NCBI GenBank assembly: GCA_043228905.1
Contig: JBHGNT010000002.1
Location: 21,948,001-22,012,000 of the forward strand
Length of the DNA stretch: 64,000 nucleotides
Direction: 5' to 3'
From: Azolla caroliniana
Lineage: Eukaryota; Plantae; Polypodiophyta
Positions 1 to 13,300 of this stretch are shown piece after piece (position 1 is the stretch's first letter; each line of letters begins with the position of its first letter). Under the pieces are notes generated by a model that was not told the origin of the DNA, made no database searches, and was given only the letters and a program-made list of their open reading frames with translations. The position numbers were made by a program, and so were the translations under genes.

Positions 1-169
1 CTAGAGGATACATTGGCTTTGAGAGCGAGTAGAGGAGAAGGAGTTTGCTCTAGTAAAAGTGCATACAATGGAGAACAGGTCAGACATGCTAACGAAGGTG
101 TTGTTGGCTGAAAAGCTGAACAAGTGCCGACAGAGGGTCGGATTGGTGAAGTACCCCATGCTGGAGTGA
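1..169 (+). mobile_element. Ty1/Copia pol RNase H C-terminal remnant (element runs off the left edge)
   Basis: Translates as HWL*ERVEEKEFALVKVHTMENRSDMLTKVL...CRQRVGL, matching the Copia RNase H end (KVHTxxNxADMLTK). It is followed by PPT GAAGGGGGAG at ~168-177. Confidence 0.8.
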
Positions 170-179
170 AGGGGGAGTT

Positions 180-1292
180 TGTTGGGAAAACAGGTCCCTC
201 CGTATGGGAAGAAGAGAACGAACCGAATCGAAGACACATGGGTAATTCGACCAAGGCAGAAATCGAAATCGAGAACCGAAATAAAAAATCAATTCAATAG
301 CCGATTCGGGAGATTATATTTGTAAATAGTCTAAATGTGCCCCATGTGGGCTATACCTGTAAATATCAAGAAAGTTGTATAAGTATAAATACAACTAGGG
401 CAAAGTGTATCAAGTGATTTAGTTGTCATATAATTAGAGAAGGTAGTTGCCTCTGCAACGGTGAGTGAGTGAGAGAGAGAGTGAGAGTAGTAACTCTACA
501 ATTGTCGGTCTGATGAAGGAGAGTTTAAGGTTGTTGCCTTGGAGCTTCTCGTTGTACTCCTCTCCTTATAGTGATTCGTTTGGAGTTCGAGGACTCCCGT
601 GGTTTTTCCCTTTCGGGTTTTCCACCTTAAATATTGAGAGGAATAGTGCTCGGTCACAACCAAGTCTTACTCACTCAATGGAAGAAAACAGAGAATAGAA
701 ATAAGATAGACACGAGATGTTAACGTGGAAAACCCTAAGAGGGAAAAACCACGGGAGCCCACAACTCCAACTATCACTATGAGAGGAGGGTACAATGCGA
801 GACTCAAAGCAACAACCTCGAGCTCTATGTCTTTGCCAACTGGCGGTTACAACAGAAAAGCGTTCTATATCTCACGCTCTCTCTCTCTGTCTATACAAAA
901 ATATCTCTATACACATCATCATTATAAGTGATTGCCCTAAGTCATATTTATACTTATATAACTTTAGGACTATTTACAAATATGGCCATGATAGGCACAC
1001 TAGGAACATATTTACAGATATGTTCCTGGATCCGGCTCACATTGGATCCATCCGGCTACCTTCCGGATCCGTCTAATCCAGCTCCTCCGGTTCTCATCCG
1101 GATCCCAGCTGGAGGGACCGAATTCCCAACATTCGGAGTTCGAGGACTCCCGTGGTTTTTCCCTTTCGGGTTTTCCACGTTAAATATTTGAGTCTCTTTT
1201 TTGTTCTTTTCTGTCTGTGCACTGTCATTATCGATTCTTTGCACCCAAACATACGTACTAGAAACCGGTTGTGGCCGGTCATGATCCTAACA
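180..1292 (+). mobile_element. 3' LTR of a Copia element (TG...CA, ~560 bp net), interrupted by an inverted related LTR
   Basis: Starts TGTTGGGAAAACAGGTCCCTCC directly after the PPT and ends ...GATCCTAACA at 1292, where an older minus-strand RT resumes. 635-1187 is the insert plus a duplication. Confidence 0.75.
635..1131 (-). mobile_element. Solo LTR (497 bp) related to its host LTR, inverted
   Basis: TG...CA ends. The minus-strand start TGTTGGGAATTCGGTCCCTCC and the motif CCGTGGTTTTTCCC..GGTTTTCCACG are shared with the LTRs at 180 and 38829. Confidence 0.8.
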
Positions 1293-1850
1293 TCTTCATA
1301 TAGCAAGAGAATCACGAAGTCACCTTCATTATACCTTTTGACGAACACATAGTGATCAACTTGTGTTTTATGGAACCCATGTTCCACCATGAAGGATTCA
1401 AACTTCTTATACCATTGGCATGGAGCTTGTTTCAGACCATAGAAGCTTTTCCTTAGTTGACACACCAAATTCTCTTTTCCTTTCTCCACAAAGCCTTCGA
1501 GCTCCTGCATATAGATCTCTTAATCTAATTCCCCATGCAAGAATGTTGTCTTCACATCCAATTGCTCTATCTCCATATTCATACTGGTAGCAATAGCTGG
1601 TACTGTTCGAATGGATGTCATCTTTACGACTGGTGCAAAAATCTCATCAAAATCGACCCCTTTCTTCTGTTGAAACCCCTTTACTATGATTCAGGCCTTG
1701 TATTTGGGTGAGTTGCCATCGTCCCCATTTTACTTCTGTTGTTTCCAGTCCTCGATTGTCTTGTCTTCCAAGAACACAATGTCCCGACTCCTCACCACCT
1801 TCTTGTCAAGTAAGTCCCACAGCCTCTAGCTAAATTCATCCTTTGAAATC
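1293..1850 (-). mobile_element. Decayed Copia (Tork/Tnt1-like) integrase-tail and RT fragment
   Basis: KGFQQKKGVDFDEIFAPVVKMTSIR..EQLDVKTTFLHGEL..YGLKQAP..LLLYED. It is cut at the YxDD motif by the plus-strand LTR, and VVRSRDIVFLE lies upstream with an internal deletion. Confidence 0.85.
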
Positions 1851-4175
1851 CAATAGATACACGATGGAAATCATAACCACTTTGTATATTGGTTTGCATG
1901 GGGGAACATTTTGAGGTATAAAGGATTCGTATGTATAAGAGGGAACTTTGTGAGGAAGTTTCTATCTTCACTTTTGACCTTTGGCATCATACAAGATAGA
2001 TACAAAGTATATCTAGCAAGTCGTAAACATTTGTTCTACACAATTTCTATAAACAACTTTATTGCAAAGTTTTGGGTAGACAAGAATGGCATGAGGATTA
2101 TAGGTCTCCAATCCATTAATGATTCACACAATGCCTCCTTTAATGAAAGTTTTCATAGACCATCTTTTCATGCATGTATGCAAGTACTTGACAATGATTA
2201 TTTTTGTACCTTGAACCTAGCACTTTGATCTCAAACAATGGTGAACAATAACACAAGGCTTTCCAAGCAAAGTGAAATTGCCTTTACACATAATATAACA
2301 TATCTTCGACATCATATGCTAAAGCACAAAGTGAAATTGATTATAATTTCATGAGTTTTTATAAGTTTTCTTAACTTTTAAATATGTTGACATCAATGTA
2401 ACACAAAATTTGGGTTTTTTTAACATAACATGAATATAACATATGACAAAGTTAACTAGTCAACAATTTGAAACATAGTTGACAACTAAAATGAGCTTCA
2501 ATTTACTTAGAATATAAAAATGAAGATGACAATACTATTCAATTTTTAGGTATAATAAATAATATACTATACTAAAAAATGAATTATTTGACTATTTAAG
2601 GATTCTGGGGATAAATATGTCAATTACAAAAGTTCAATCAATGCATGTCACATTTCTGTCATAAAAGAACTATTCGATGATGTAGGACCCAATTACATGC
2701 TCTGATACATGGATAATTGCAAAACATGTTATCCTACTTCACAACGAGACCATGATTCACATCTTCAATCAGAGGGTGTTGACCTTTTGACCATGTGCAT
2801 TCCATACTCAACACCAAATTGCAAAAAAAGTTTCATTGATGTCGACTTTTGTAGTGAAATGTAAAAACTGGAAGATTTACTTTACGATATATTTTGCTAA
2901 ACTTTGAATTGTTTCATTTTCATTAAGAGTTAGGGTACTATCAAAAACAGCCTAGAATAACAAGTAACATCAACTCTACTTCAACTCATTATTCTTGCTC
3001 CCTTGTGCATTGTATGTTCAACATCAAATTGAGAAAAGGACCATTACCTTTTATGTCCACAAGCATATAAAAATATCAAACCCATGATATTAAATTAGAA
3101 CAGCATTGCTCATTTATTCTTCATACTTGGGGCATTATAAAAAACACCCATAATACCAAGTTCACCAATTCCAGTCCCCATGCTGTTAAATATATCAACA
3201 ATAGATTATAAAACTGTGTCATACGTTAAATTTCTATTGCTTAGCAAAGTGTGACAGTTCAAATACTATGATTTAACATATTTAACTTTTCATGAACAGA
3301 TAAATTTGGTAAATAATTTGCAGCCTGATTACTAAATTGAGCTACCAAATCAATTAGAATCATTATTCAAAACAAATTGATATTCCTTTAAGATCAACAA
3401 TGTCAACAAGTACAGCTCAAAAGAAGTACAGTATTTGCCAACATCTTCCACAATTAATTTATTTGCATTCAGCATGATTTAATAGCACAAACAGGATTAA
3501 CAATGTCCGAATACAATATCAAAACATTAATACAAGTGCGCGTGTGGCAACCTGTCTGTACATTTTTCAAAATTGTTTTTACAAGAATTATAAAATCATT
3601 TTAAAAAACAATGTTTTACCTTGACGTTTACTCCATAATCACAACTTTAAATTTAGATCATTTATAAAGTAGATATTTTAAAATTATATCACAGTATGGG
3701 ATAGTCCTTAACCAGTAGTTGCAGTTAGGTCGACAAACAATGGGTTTATGTCACTAAAGAATGGGGTTATGCCGACAATATATTGTCCTCTTTGACCCAG
3801 GGGTTGTGTGAGTAGAAAACAAAGGAAATGACAGCGATACCTTCGAAGGTTTTTTGTTCCTTCTAGAATTGTAGTCATATCTATTGTTTTTAAATGCATG
3901 CATTATTGGCACATTCTGTTCAGTATGCAGGTTAATTAACCATTGATGACAAGAATCTGTGCCTATATTTTGGTTATTTACAAAGAGAGACCTTGGAAAG
4001 AAACAACATATAAACAAAAAACTCACTAGATCTTGCTCCGTTCAGCACATTCTACTTTTGGTGCCTATGTATGTAGTCATTGAATTAATGCTCTATTAGA
4101 AATCCAGCAACCACATCCAAACAAGAATGAATACACCCTTTAAAGGTGTTATATGCTCTCATGTTTCTCCCAGTT

Positions 4176-4325
4176 TTACAAAGGAGTAACATTCCTGCAA
4201 GAGTTAAGAAAAAGACAGCCAAACACATCATCAAAGAACTCAGAAGCCTTGATCAATTCACCATTTCCAAGCACATTTTTGACGTCATATTTGCATGCCC
4301 TAGTACAGTCCGGACAGTAAGTAAC
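4176..4325 (-). CDS. TTLL12: TTLL12 exon 15 (terminal)
   Basis: VTYCPDCTRACKYD...FFDDVFGCLFLNSCRNVTPL, stop TAA at 4176-4178. Confidence 0.92.
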   Translation of the reverse strand, partial: VTYCPDCTRACKYDVKNVLGNGELIKASEFFDDVFGCLFLNSCRNVTPL

Positions 4326-7300
4326 CTGAACCAAGTAAAGAAAATATATTGTTTGTTAACTCCATGATTGACATATATGTGTAAACTCTAAAGATTGCTG
4401 TTTCTACCTCCAAAAGTTTGGGTTCAAAGTCACTCGTGAGTAAAACATCGACTCCATAAATTGCCCTAGCTGTCGTGGAATGCATTTCGGGATGCAGAGC
4501 AATGGCCCCTTCAAATATCAACCGCAACATACTCCGAACCTTTTCATGTATAATCTTCCAGCTCACTGCAGTTAAAGAATAAAGAATACAGGTTTGTGGC
4601 AATACACATCCTTCTCAAACAGACTCAAAAAACCTCGGCTGCCATGCACCAGAGACCATTAACCAACTCATCAAATCAGTTATTCGTTGGTTACAATTAG
4701 CACTCTGTCAAACAATACAAATCAAGCCTCACAGTACATCCTACGGTGAAATTTTGAAAGATGCAGATAGGCCTGCTCCAAAATTGCAGAATGCATGGCT
4801 GGCAAACAGGTGTATATTCATTATGGGGAGAACGTGCACACTGAAATATCAGTAATTTGCAGCTGCTTTTGGACCAAAAAGGCATTTGAATGGTATATTA
4901 ATTAACCATCCTACCAGTTACGATCAGATCTTGGTTGCCTTCTGAAAATCCTGTTACTCACACCTATTATAGTCAGGCTGGTCATGAGCAGAACCCATAT
5001 GCAAACTATGTAACTAACATCGCACGGAACGCCCACTCAGGAGCAAACAACAAACGCACCTTAAACTGCTTAAATGTAGCCATTGAATATATCAGGGAAT
5101 GCAGTAATAAGATGGAACATACAATAGTCACTTGGGGCCAGTTACTGAAACTCCTAGATAACTTAGATATATTGAATCAGCACTCCTGTGTCTAAGAGGG
5201 GGCTTAATAACCATGAATGATGATCTAAACCTGCATCCTTCCAGAAAATCTTCTCAGTTGGGTACAATTTACCAAACGAGGTCTCTATTCAAAGAGCTAC
5301 CTAAAACATCCAACTAGGTTCACTCTCAAATACATATTATGTCTCTCCATTCTTACTAGAACATGAAGGAAGGAAGATTCATGACCAATCTAACAAGTGT
5401 GAAAAAACTTCAAAATAAATGGCCGCTCTCTCCCATCTTACTAGAGTATCAAGGAAACCATGATCAATGAAATGAAAAGCATTAAAAAACTTCGAAGTGG
5501 CATAGTTGCAGGTACAATTCATCTATGCTCAGATGCTAAACTGAACTGGCCCAGGAGCTTCACACTCATCTCACTGGAAAATGAAGGAAAAAATACCTAC
5601 AACCAATGTAATGTTAAGTGTGAAAAAACTTTAAAATTGCAAGGCTGCAGCTACAATTTACATATGCTGAGATTATATAACGGAATGGTCCAATGGCTAA
5701 AGAGTGAACGCATGCAATACCAAAACAGGCAATAGCACAATGTAATTGTTGATATTGGCAAGATAATTGGATCAAGACATTATACAGAGGAGAGAATACA
5801 AATCAGCTCACGAAATATCAAAAGGTTTAAGAAGGCTTTCAACACAAACACAAGGGCAAAGTTATGGGAAAGAGTGGAAAAATGTTGCCAAACACCAGTG
5901 AAAGCAACAACGGCTATATTATACTCAAAGTAAGATGCAGGTTAAGGATAAATCAAGGGTTTTTAGAGAGTTCATGAGCACCATGGAAATGAAAACAGGA
6001 TGCCTATTATTACATACTTGGTTTGGTTGATGCATTGATCAACTAGAAAGAAAGAAAGATATACTAATGTCTTTTGCGAAGCTAAAATAGCCTAGAAGAT
6101 CAAGCAAGAGATTGCATCTTTGAGAAGAAAGAACCGAAATAAATATAATTAACAATAGGATACAAAGAATCTAGTTACCTAAGCACTAAAGATTCTAAAT
6201 TTATATTGACTGAAACTTTTGTCTTCTCCAACATGGGCCATTACATGATAGAGAGATCTCAGAAGTGCCTGCAGGAAGCACCTTTGGTAGTACTGGGTAA
6301 TAATGACCTTTGTCTGTCGATGATGAGAGAGCTCATCCGTAGTGTACAGGGAGAACATCAAGAAAAACCAGCTATTGGTTTCATTGTATTGCTTCTGATT
6401 ATGCAGATAATGTTGTGCTTTTGGCATAATCTCAGGTGAGACTGCAAAAGCTTTTAAACATGATCCATAGATTTTATGAACAGTGGCCTACAAGTTAACG
6501 TGGCTGGAATTTTTTTTGAGATGGTTTATAAGCTTGAAGTGCATAGTTAGTACATATGAAAATAGTGTGTGACTAAACCTCGTACTGAGGTTGGTTGGTG
6601 CAGAGAAACAACGCTATGGCAATGTTAAACAAGTGCATCCACGTGTTCCCATATGGATCAGATATGGTGAGAAATAATATCCATGATCTGGTGATGGTAT
6701 GGCCCATGTGCCTTACATCTTGGTAGTTGCAATCTCTATTGTCATTGCCATTGTTTTTCTCACTCTATGGTGAATTCTCAGCACATTGTTAGTGAAGGTA
6801 AGGAGCTGTAGCAGAAATCAGTCATGTGTGATACTCTAGTTGGTGGGAGGAAACTTGAGTTGGCCTACTGCTGTCTGAGCCATTCATGAAACTATCGCCT
6901 GAAACATTCATGAAATTATCTTCGTAGTAGCCATTTTTGGGGAAATGGCTCCCTTGTGTGACCCAAGTCCTTTTTGGGTAAAAAGTTGCCATATATCTCG
7001 TTGCAGTGCCTAATTCCTTTCATCATTTTGGAGAGGTGTACGATATTGGAAGGGTGGTAAATTTTCTATGTCAACGTCTACCATCATAGGGGATGCTGCC
7101 AGTTCAGCACAGTGTCTCATAAAGTTTGATAAGTGTATGACCAATCATCATAGTCCAATAGTTCACTGGTAGGAGGAGAGTCCCCTGAGCTATGAATAGG
7201 TACAATCATGTGCATGATCCATGTGTTGGGACGACCTTCTTCCATGGCCCTAAAAACATGTGCGGAAAGGACAGGCCACTGTGCTCACCACATATATGAG

Positions 7301-10300
7301 ACTGAAGTGGATCGCTGATAGTTGGCATTTTCTTTTACTGCTCATGCTAGTAATGACTTAAGACAATCCAATTGGAGTGCATCTGACACTGATCAATATA
7401 ATCCATAGATTCCCCATTGCATATCTATTGGGACTCTGAGGTCTTTTATTCACTATATGATACTGAGAACATAGTACAATGTTGAAGACTTTCCAGGAAT
7501 CCACAAAGTTGCAAAAGATCCTCTCCACCATCATGTGGGGATTAAAAGCACAATCCCATACTCCACGTATGCATCTAAAGACCTGAATAAAGCCAATCAA
7601 GTTTAATGTCCCTTCAAAGGTAAGTGCATAATGAAAGTAACGAAAATGCCTCAAAATCACCTTCTGAGGCAGCATGTGAAACTGAATGCTTACCAAAAAG
7701 AAACCACAAATAAGCAAGTACAGCATACAAGTTATTACATTAGGCCTATACATGCATGGTGCCTCTTCTTTTGCATTAAGAGTTTTGTATCACAAAACCC
7801 TATAAATACATATTCATAAGATCACTGTCAAACATCATTATACTACATCTGTTGCAAATGTCCCAATAAGGAACATATACGCCAGATATGTGTTACCACT
7901 AAATGACAAACAGACATTTCTGGTGATGGATACTGCAATGAGAACTGCTTACAAAGATATTCAAACAAGAAAAAAACCTAATTACCGATGCCCAAAAGGC
8001 TTGCACATGCCCAAAAAAGAGAGTAGGTGTTGGTTATTTTTAACATAACAAGAACTATGATACCCTATTTCTCACTAATAAATAAAAACGGAATGCTACT
8101 GCAATTTGAGCTCAGAAAAATTTCTGACATGCATCAGAACGATAAAACAAGGGGATCCAAACACTCTATAATAGATATACAAACATGATAAAGAATATAA
8201 ATATTTCCCTTTACTAACCATTATGTTCCTTCTCAAATGCTGGGATGAAGTCGTGTGTGTCGACATGCACTAATTTTCTGCCATAGTTCTATCAATAACC
8301 CAGGAAACATTAGCCACCAGAAGCAAATGGCTAAGAACTTTAATGATATGATACTCACCATCACTGTAAAGTGTGTTTCATAATCTGTTAAACTGCTGCC
8401 TTCCAGTGTGTACTTGTTATTCGATATTCTTGCCTGTGAAACAGCAACAAAACCTTGATGTAAATAGGAATCATGGCCCAGAGAAATACAAATTTATCTA
8501 GATGCAAAAGCACTACATTATTTCACAACAGTCTATGATTATGAATTTTGTAAAAACTACAAAAATTGAGATGCATCATAAGAAGAATATTATGATGAGC
8601 TGGTCAAAAAGGCTTACTCAGGCATCAGCATGTAAGTTAGAAGCATGACTTTAGAATACATGATAAACGTATATTGTAAGAGAGAATTTAAGGTCTAGCC
8701 ATCCTAAACCAGAGTCTGTGCAAAAGTCAAAAGTACATTAGAGTGCAGGGCAAGAAATATCCTTGCAATGCTTAGAGCTCAAATAAACTAGAGTTAGATG
8801 AGACCTACCCTTAGTTCAAACATGTACATATTGTAAAATCTGCAAGCAAGAAAGAAAGAAAGAAAGATATATTAACGTCTTTTAAGAGGCCAAAATGGCC
8901 TATAAGACCAAATAAGAGATTACATCTTAAGTGTTGTCTCGTCTTTGAGAACAAATCAAAATAAAATAAATATTACACAGTAAATATAAAAGTAAATAGC
9001 ATGAAAAGAAAAGAAAAGAGGGAATCTGGTTTTTGGCACATGTGAGATCCTCAACTTAGGTATATTGTAGCTTTTGTCTTCGAAAGATCTCTAGCATAGG
9101 TCGATCCAGGATGGAAATGTCTCCGAAGCGAGGGAAGCACCTACGATGGCGGGAGATAATGGCTTTTATCTATCGATGACAAGGGTGTCGAGGTCGTGGT
9201 CCATGGGGCCAGGGCCTACGTGCACGGCAAATTGCCATTGCCAAGAGAGCCTGTTAGTGTTTCAAATCCACCTCTGAGACAAACCATGATTACAAAATGG
9301 ATAGCGCCAGATTCTTTATAGTGAAAGAATAGTCTAGGTTTCCTCAGGATCCATAATAATATTCTTAATTATACTAAGAGGTGTCTTTAAATTTAGTAAT
9401 GACTCTTGATGCTCTTTTACAAGCAAGAATCGCAAAACTACTATCTGAAGGACGAATTCTGTGAGGAGATACCATGTCAGGTAAGGATTGGTATAGCAGA
9501 GCAAAGCAACGAAGAAGTGCATTGATTAAACCTGGGTGTCCTCAGGCAGTTCAGACATGATAAGCAATGATGTTCAGAATCTGGTTCTAGTATGACATAC
9601 ATGCCGTAGCTCAGGACTTACAGTCCCTATCATCTGTATTGCTTTGTGTGCTCAATGTTGACATCTCAACACATTGTTGGTGGAGCACTGGCCTAGGGAA
9701 GAAGTCAGTGATGTGTAACTGCCTCTGCCCCATGTACTAATCTCCAGTAAGCTTGGGCCAAAGTCTCACAGATCAGCCTTCTCCGTCATGTATCCGAAGG
9801 TGATGTATTTGGCAAAGAGTGTCACATACTTCTGTAGGTCGGATAACTCAAAATGAAGTTTTACTCACTCTCAACCTCTTCTTGACATAGTTTTTAAAAT
9901 GCTCTCCTTTTTTTATCTGTAGCTGGTGAAGGAAACTCTGAGTTGCCTATTGCTTTTTAAGAAATACAGAGCAAGTAGATGTTTGTGTACCTTGGTCTTT
10001 ATATGAATTCATCCTTTGAGACCTCACAGAATTATCTTTATAGCAGACCATCCTTATGAAAAAAGGCTCTTTTGGGTGGGTGAATCAAGATTTTTGGGTC
10101 AAGAGTTTCCATAATTCTTGCCCCATTACCTTGTTCTTTTTACCATCTCGAGACAGTGTTGAGTACGGGAAAGATGGCAGATTCCCACTGTGAAGGCCAT
10201 TGCTGTTGAATGGCTTTGTCACATGTGAACACCATAATCTACCTCCCTCTTTTGTTCCAACCATTTTCTTTAATTTTTTAAACTCCTTATCTGTGATTCT

Positions 10301-13300
10301 TTGAGGTGGCACGGTTTGGATCTGGCTGATCAGTTTCTCTGTTTTGAATAATACTTCTACCATAAGAGGGACGCAACCAATCCAGCTTGAATGATATCAT
10401 GTAGGAGGATATACCACATATGTAAACTCTTGTGCATCAGTCCGATGCAAGGACCGGTTAGAATCATCAATTAAAAAAGCCAGCACATAAGAAGAATTCT
10501 CTGCGGCATTAATTAAAGGACAAGGTGTTTGCCTTAACCATTAGCAACTGGTTACACCAAGATTCGGGAGCCATTATGCCTCAAATCATAACACAGATAG
10601 ATTAATTACTTGTGTGACTAAGTTCACTTTTTTGTACACAACAAAGATGGAAGCAATCCACAGATCACTCATTGGAATGAACCAAGTCATCTTTTTATAT
10701 TCTTGGCAGACTGAGAGATAAGGCTCTTCAAAAGCAGTCATCTTACTGAAAGACTTTTGTTCTAGCAATGTGATGTAGTCTCAGTACTAACTTGTATCAC
10801 AAGTGACTGGGAGGGTCCTGTAAGGGAAACACTATTTATGTTTTAAATTTGGTTCATAAAGAGAACCAAGAAATACATGAAACAACAGGATCCAACGATA
10901 CAAACAGTGGCCTGAGCCCTTGGTCTTGGCTTGCTGTGGGCTGTAGGGGATTCTTGCTGTAGGTGTGCTTTTAAAGACGAAATATGAGATTTATGTGTGT
11001 GTGTGTGTGTTAAAGAACCTCAATAACATAAGATGGTAAGCATACCCTAAGCAAATAAAAAAACTGTTAACTTTTCATCACAACTCTCTTGTTTCTGTTG
11101 CTTAATATTGGAACATTTAGAATTCACAGCCATGAACCATCCATTCAGGATATTTTTGACAATGGGGATGTTTTTTAAGAACACATCCATAGGTTCCAAT
11201 TCAAAGTTTAATGTTTCGAAAGTTTACCCTTCTATCTAGAAAAAGGATAAAGATGTTACCCAAAAGACATTGCTAAGGAAAATTTTGAGTGGCTTCAAGC
11301 TTCGAACCAGCACAATGTATCGCAAGTCAAACTTCTTTCCTTGAAAAAGTGCTGGATGTTCAACATACTTTTGACATATTTTAGGTCCAGTTTCTGCCAG
11401 CCTGATTAAAGCAGGTAAGTAATCGGTTATCGAAGTATCAATTGTGCGTGCCATATTCCAAGGTTTCATAATCCAAAGGTTGTTTCTTTCTTCTTTTTGC
11501 CTAACAAGGTAGTCACCAATAAAAGCAGCCATTTCTGTCTCCATATCATATGTACTTTGAATCCATGCAGGAGCTCCATAGACCTGCACAGTAAATAGTA
11601 GTCCTTATATTAAGAGAAAAACAATTGTTCTAATTTCTGGGCGAATGAAACATCAAAAAATTACAAGCAGTGCAGCCTTATACAGAGAGTGTACAGTCAA
11701 ACATATTTAACCAAATCACAAAATATATAATATTGGGATATATACTTCAAGATTGATATTTCAAGGCTGCACCACATTTTATTTCCTTTCAGATGCACTC
11801 CTAATTTAGCATTAACTTACTTGCTGGATGGTTTTGGCAAGATGATGTTTCATAACAATGCAGGCTTCAAATGGAAACTGGTTTACATACTGCTCATCCC
11901 TTAAACCAATTGTTTTCTTAATTTCATCATCGATTTGTGAGCTGGCCCATAGGATGTCAGCTTCCGAAGGATCATCGCCTAAATCAGCATTAACATTGTA
12001 GCACAATCATAAAGTTACTCATAAATAACAAGATGGGCGTCAACAGCTAGTTCTTCAATAGTGACACAAAGAGATAGCTTTACAAAAGTCAATCTGGAAC
12101 AGTTTATTTTTTACACCATGGACAGTTTCCTCTTCACGCGTTGGAAATGTACAAAGCTAAACATGAGAATACTTACAGAATGTAAACTCTGGCCGTTTCA
12201 ATGTTTCTAACACTTGAGGCAAATCTGTATAAACTAAATAAACACTGCGCTCAAGCACTGGCGTGCTTTCCTCTATAGGTGCAATACTGACAGTATTTGT
12301 TTTAATACGTGCTCTTTGGAGTTTGCGTTGATGATTATTATACACCTACAACAATTCAATCATATTGCACTGTTAGCTCCTTTAAAAACCATCCAACTAT
12401 ACACTCATCCAATTTTATTAAAAACTTGTTTCTCCTTTAAAAACCATCCAACTATACACTCGTCCAATTTTATTAAAAACTTGTAACACCCCATTTGCCA
12501 CTGGTGAAAGTATAAAGTCCATACATAACATAGTATTTACAGACTTTCATACAGCGAATTTAATGTTAGAGGGTGGCAGCTCCAGACCTGCACTCTCTTT
12601 CATCTTTATTATCTCTCTTCTACATTCTCTCTCTTCCTAGATTCTTCTCTCTCTAGACTCTGCAACTCTTTAAATGCCTTCTCTTTCTAGAATCTGCAAC
12701 ACTTTAAATGCCTTCTCTCTTCCACTTGTTCCAAGATATTCCCTCTTATTCCTAGTTTATTGTACCTGTTTGGTAGTACAAGAGTCACTTAACTACCAAA
12801 CAACCATTTCATCCTTGGGGCCACGTTCTGTAATTTTGTATAAATAGGCTGGTGCCTCTTTTGTAAAAACTTTATTTTTGCTGCTACTTGCAAACAAGCT
12901 CTACTCTTTGGCTATGTCTCTACGCTTTGCAACCATTTTTGCTACTGCTGTCTGACAGCCTTCTCACAGCTTGGTTGTGTCTATTTTGTTCTAACAACTA
13001 TTCCGCTGCTGCTATTACCAGCTTTTCTCACATTTAAAGCTGAATTGGAATGGGATCATAGAAAATCATAGATCAAATTTCCTTTTAGACGATCACAAAT
13101 GGTATCCTACAACAGGGTCATTCATCAATCCATGCATTCCATTGAATTTGGACACAAAATAATACATAACTAGAAAGTCCACTGCATAAAAATCACCACA
13201 TTCCATGTTGCAAAAGACAATCAAACAAGGGTCAAATTGTGTTGGAATGCCGTAAACTTCCTTTTTTTAACCAATGGCTTGAAAGTTCTCAATAAAAACA

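Noticed and set aside
1860-2350. Possible Mutator-like transposase traces (similar hints at 26.6-28.2 kb and 30.8-32.1 kb)
   Set aside because: Too degenerate to assign by eye.
9250-10850. Possible second LTR-retrotransposon remnant in intron 11
   Set aside because: TE-like composition but no motif I can name confidently.
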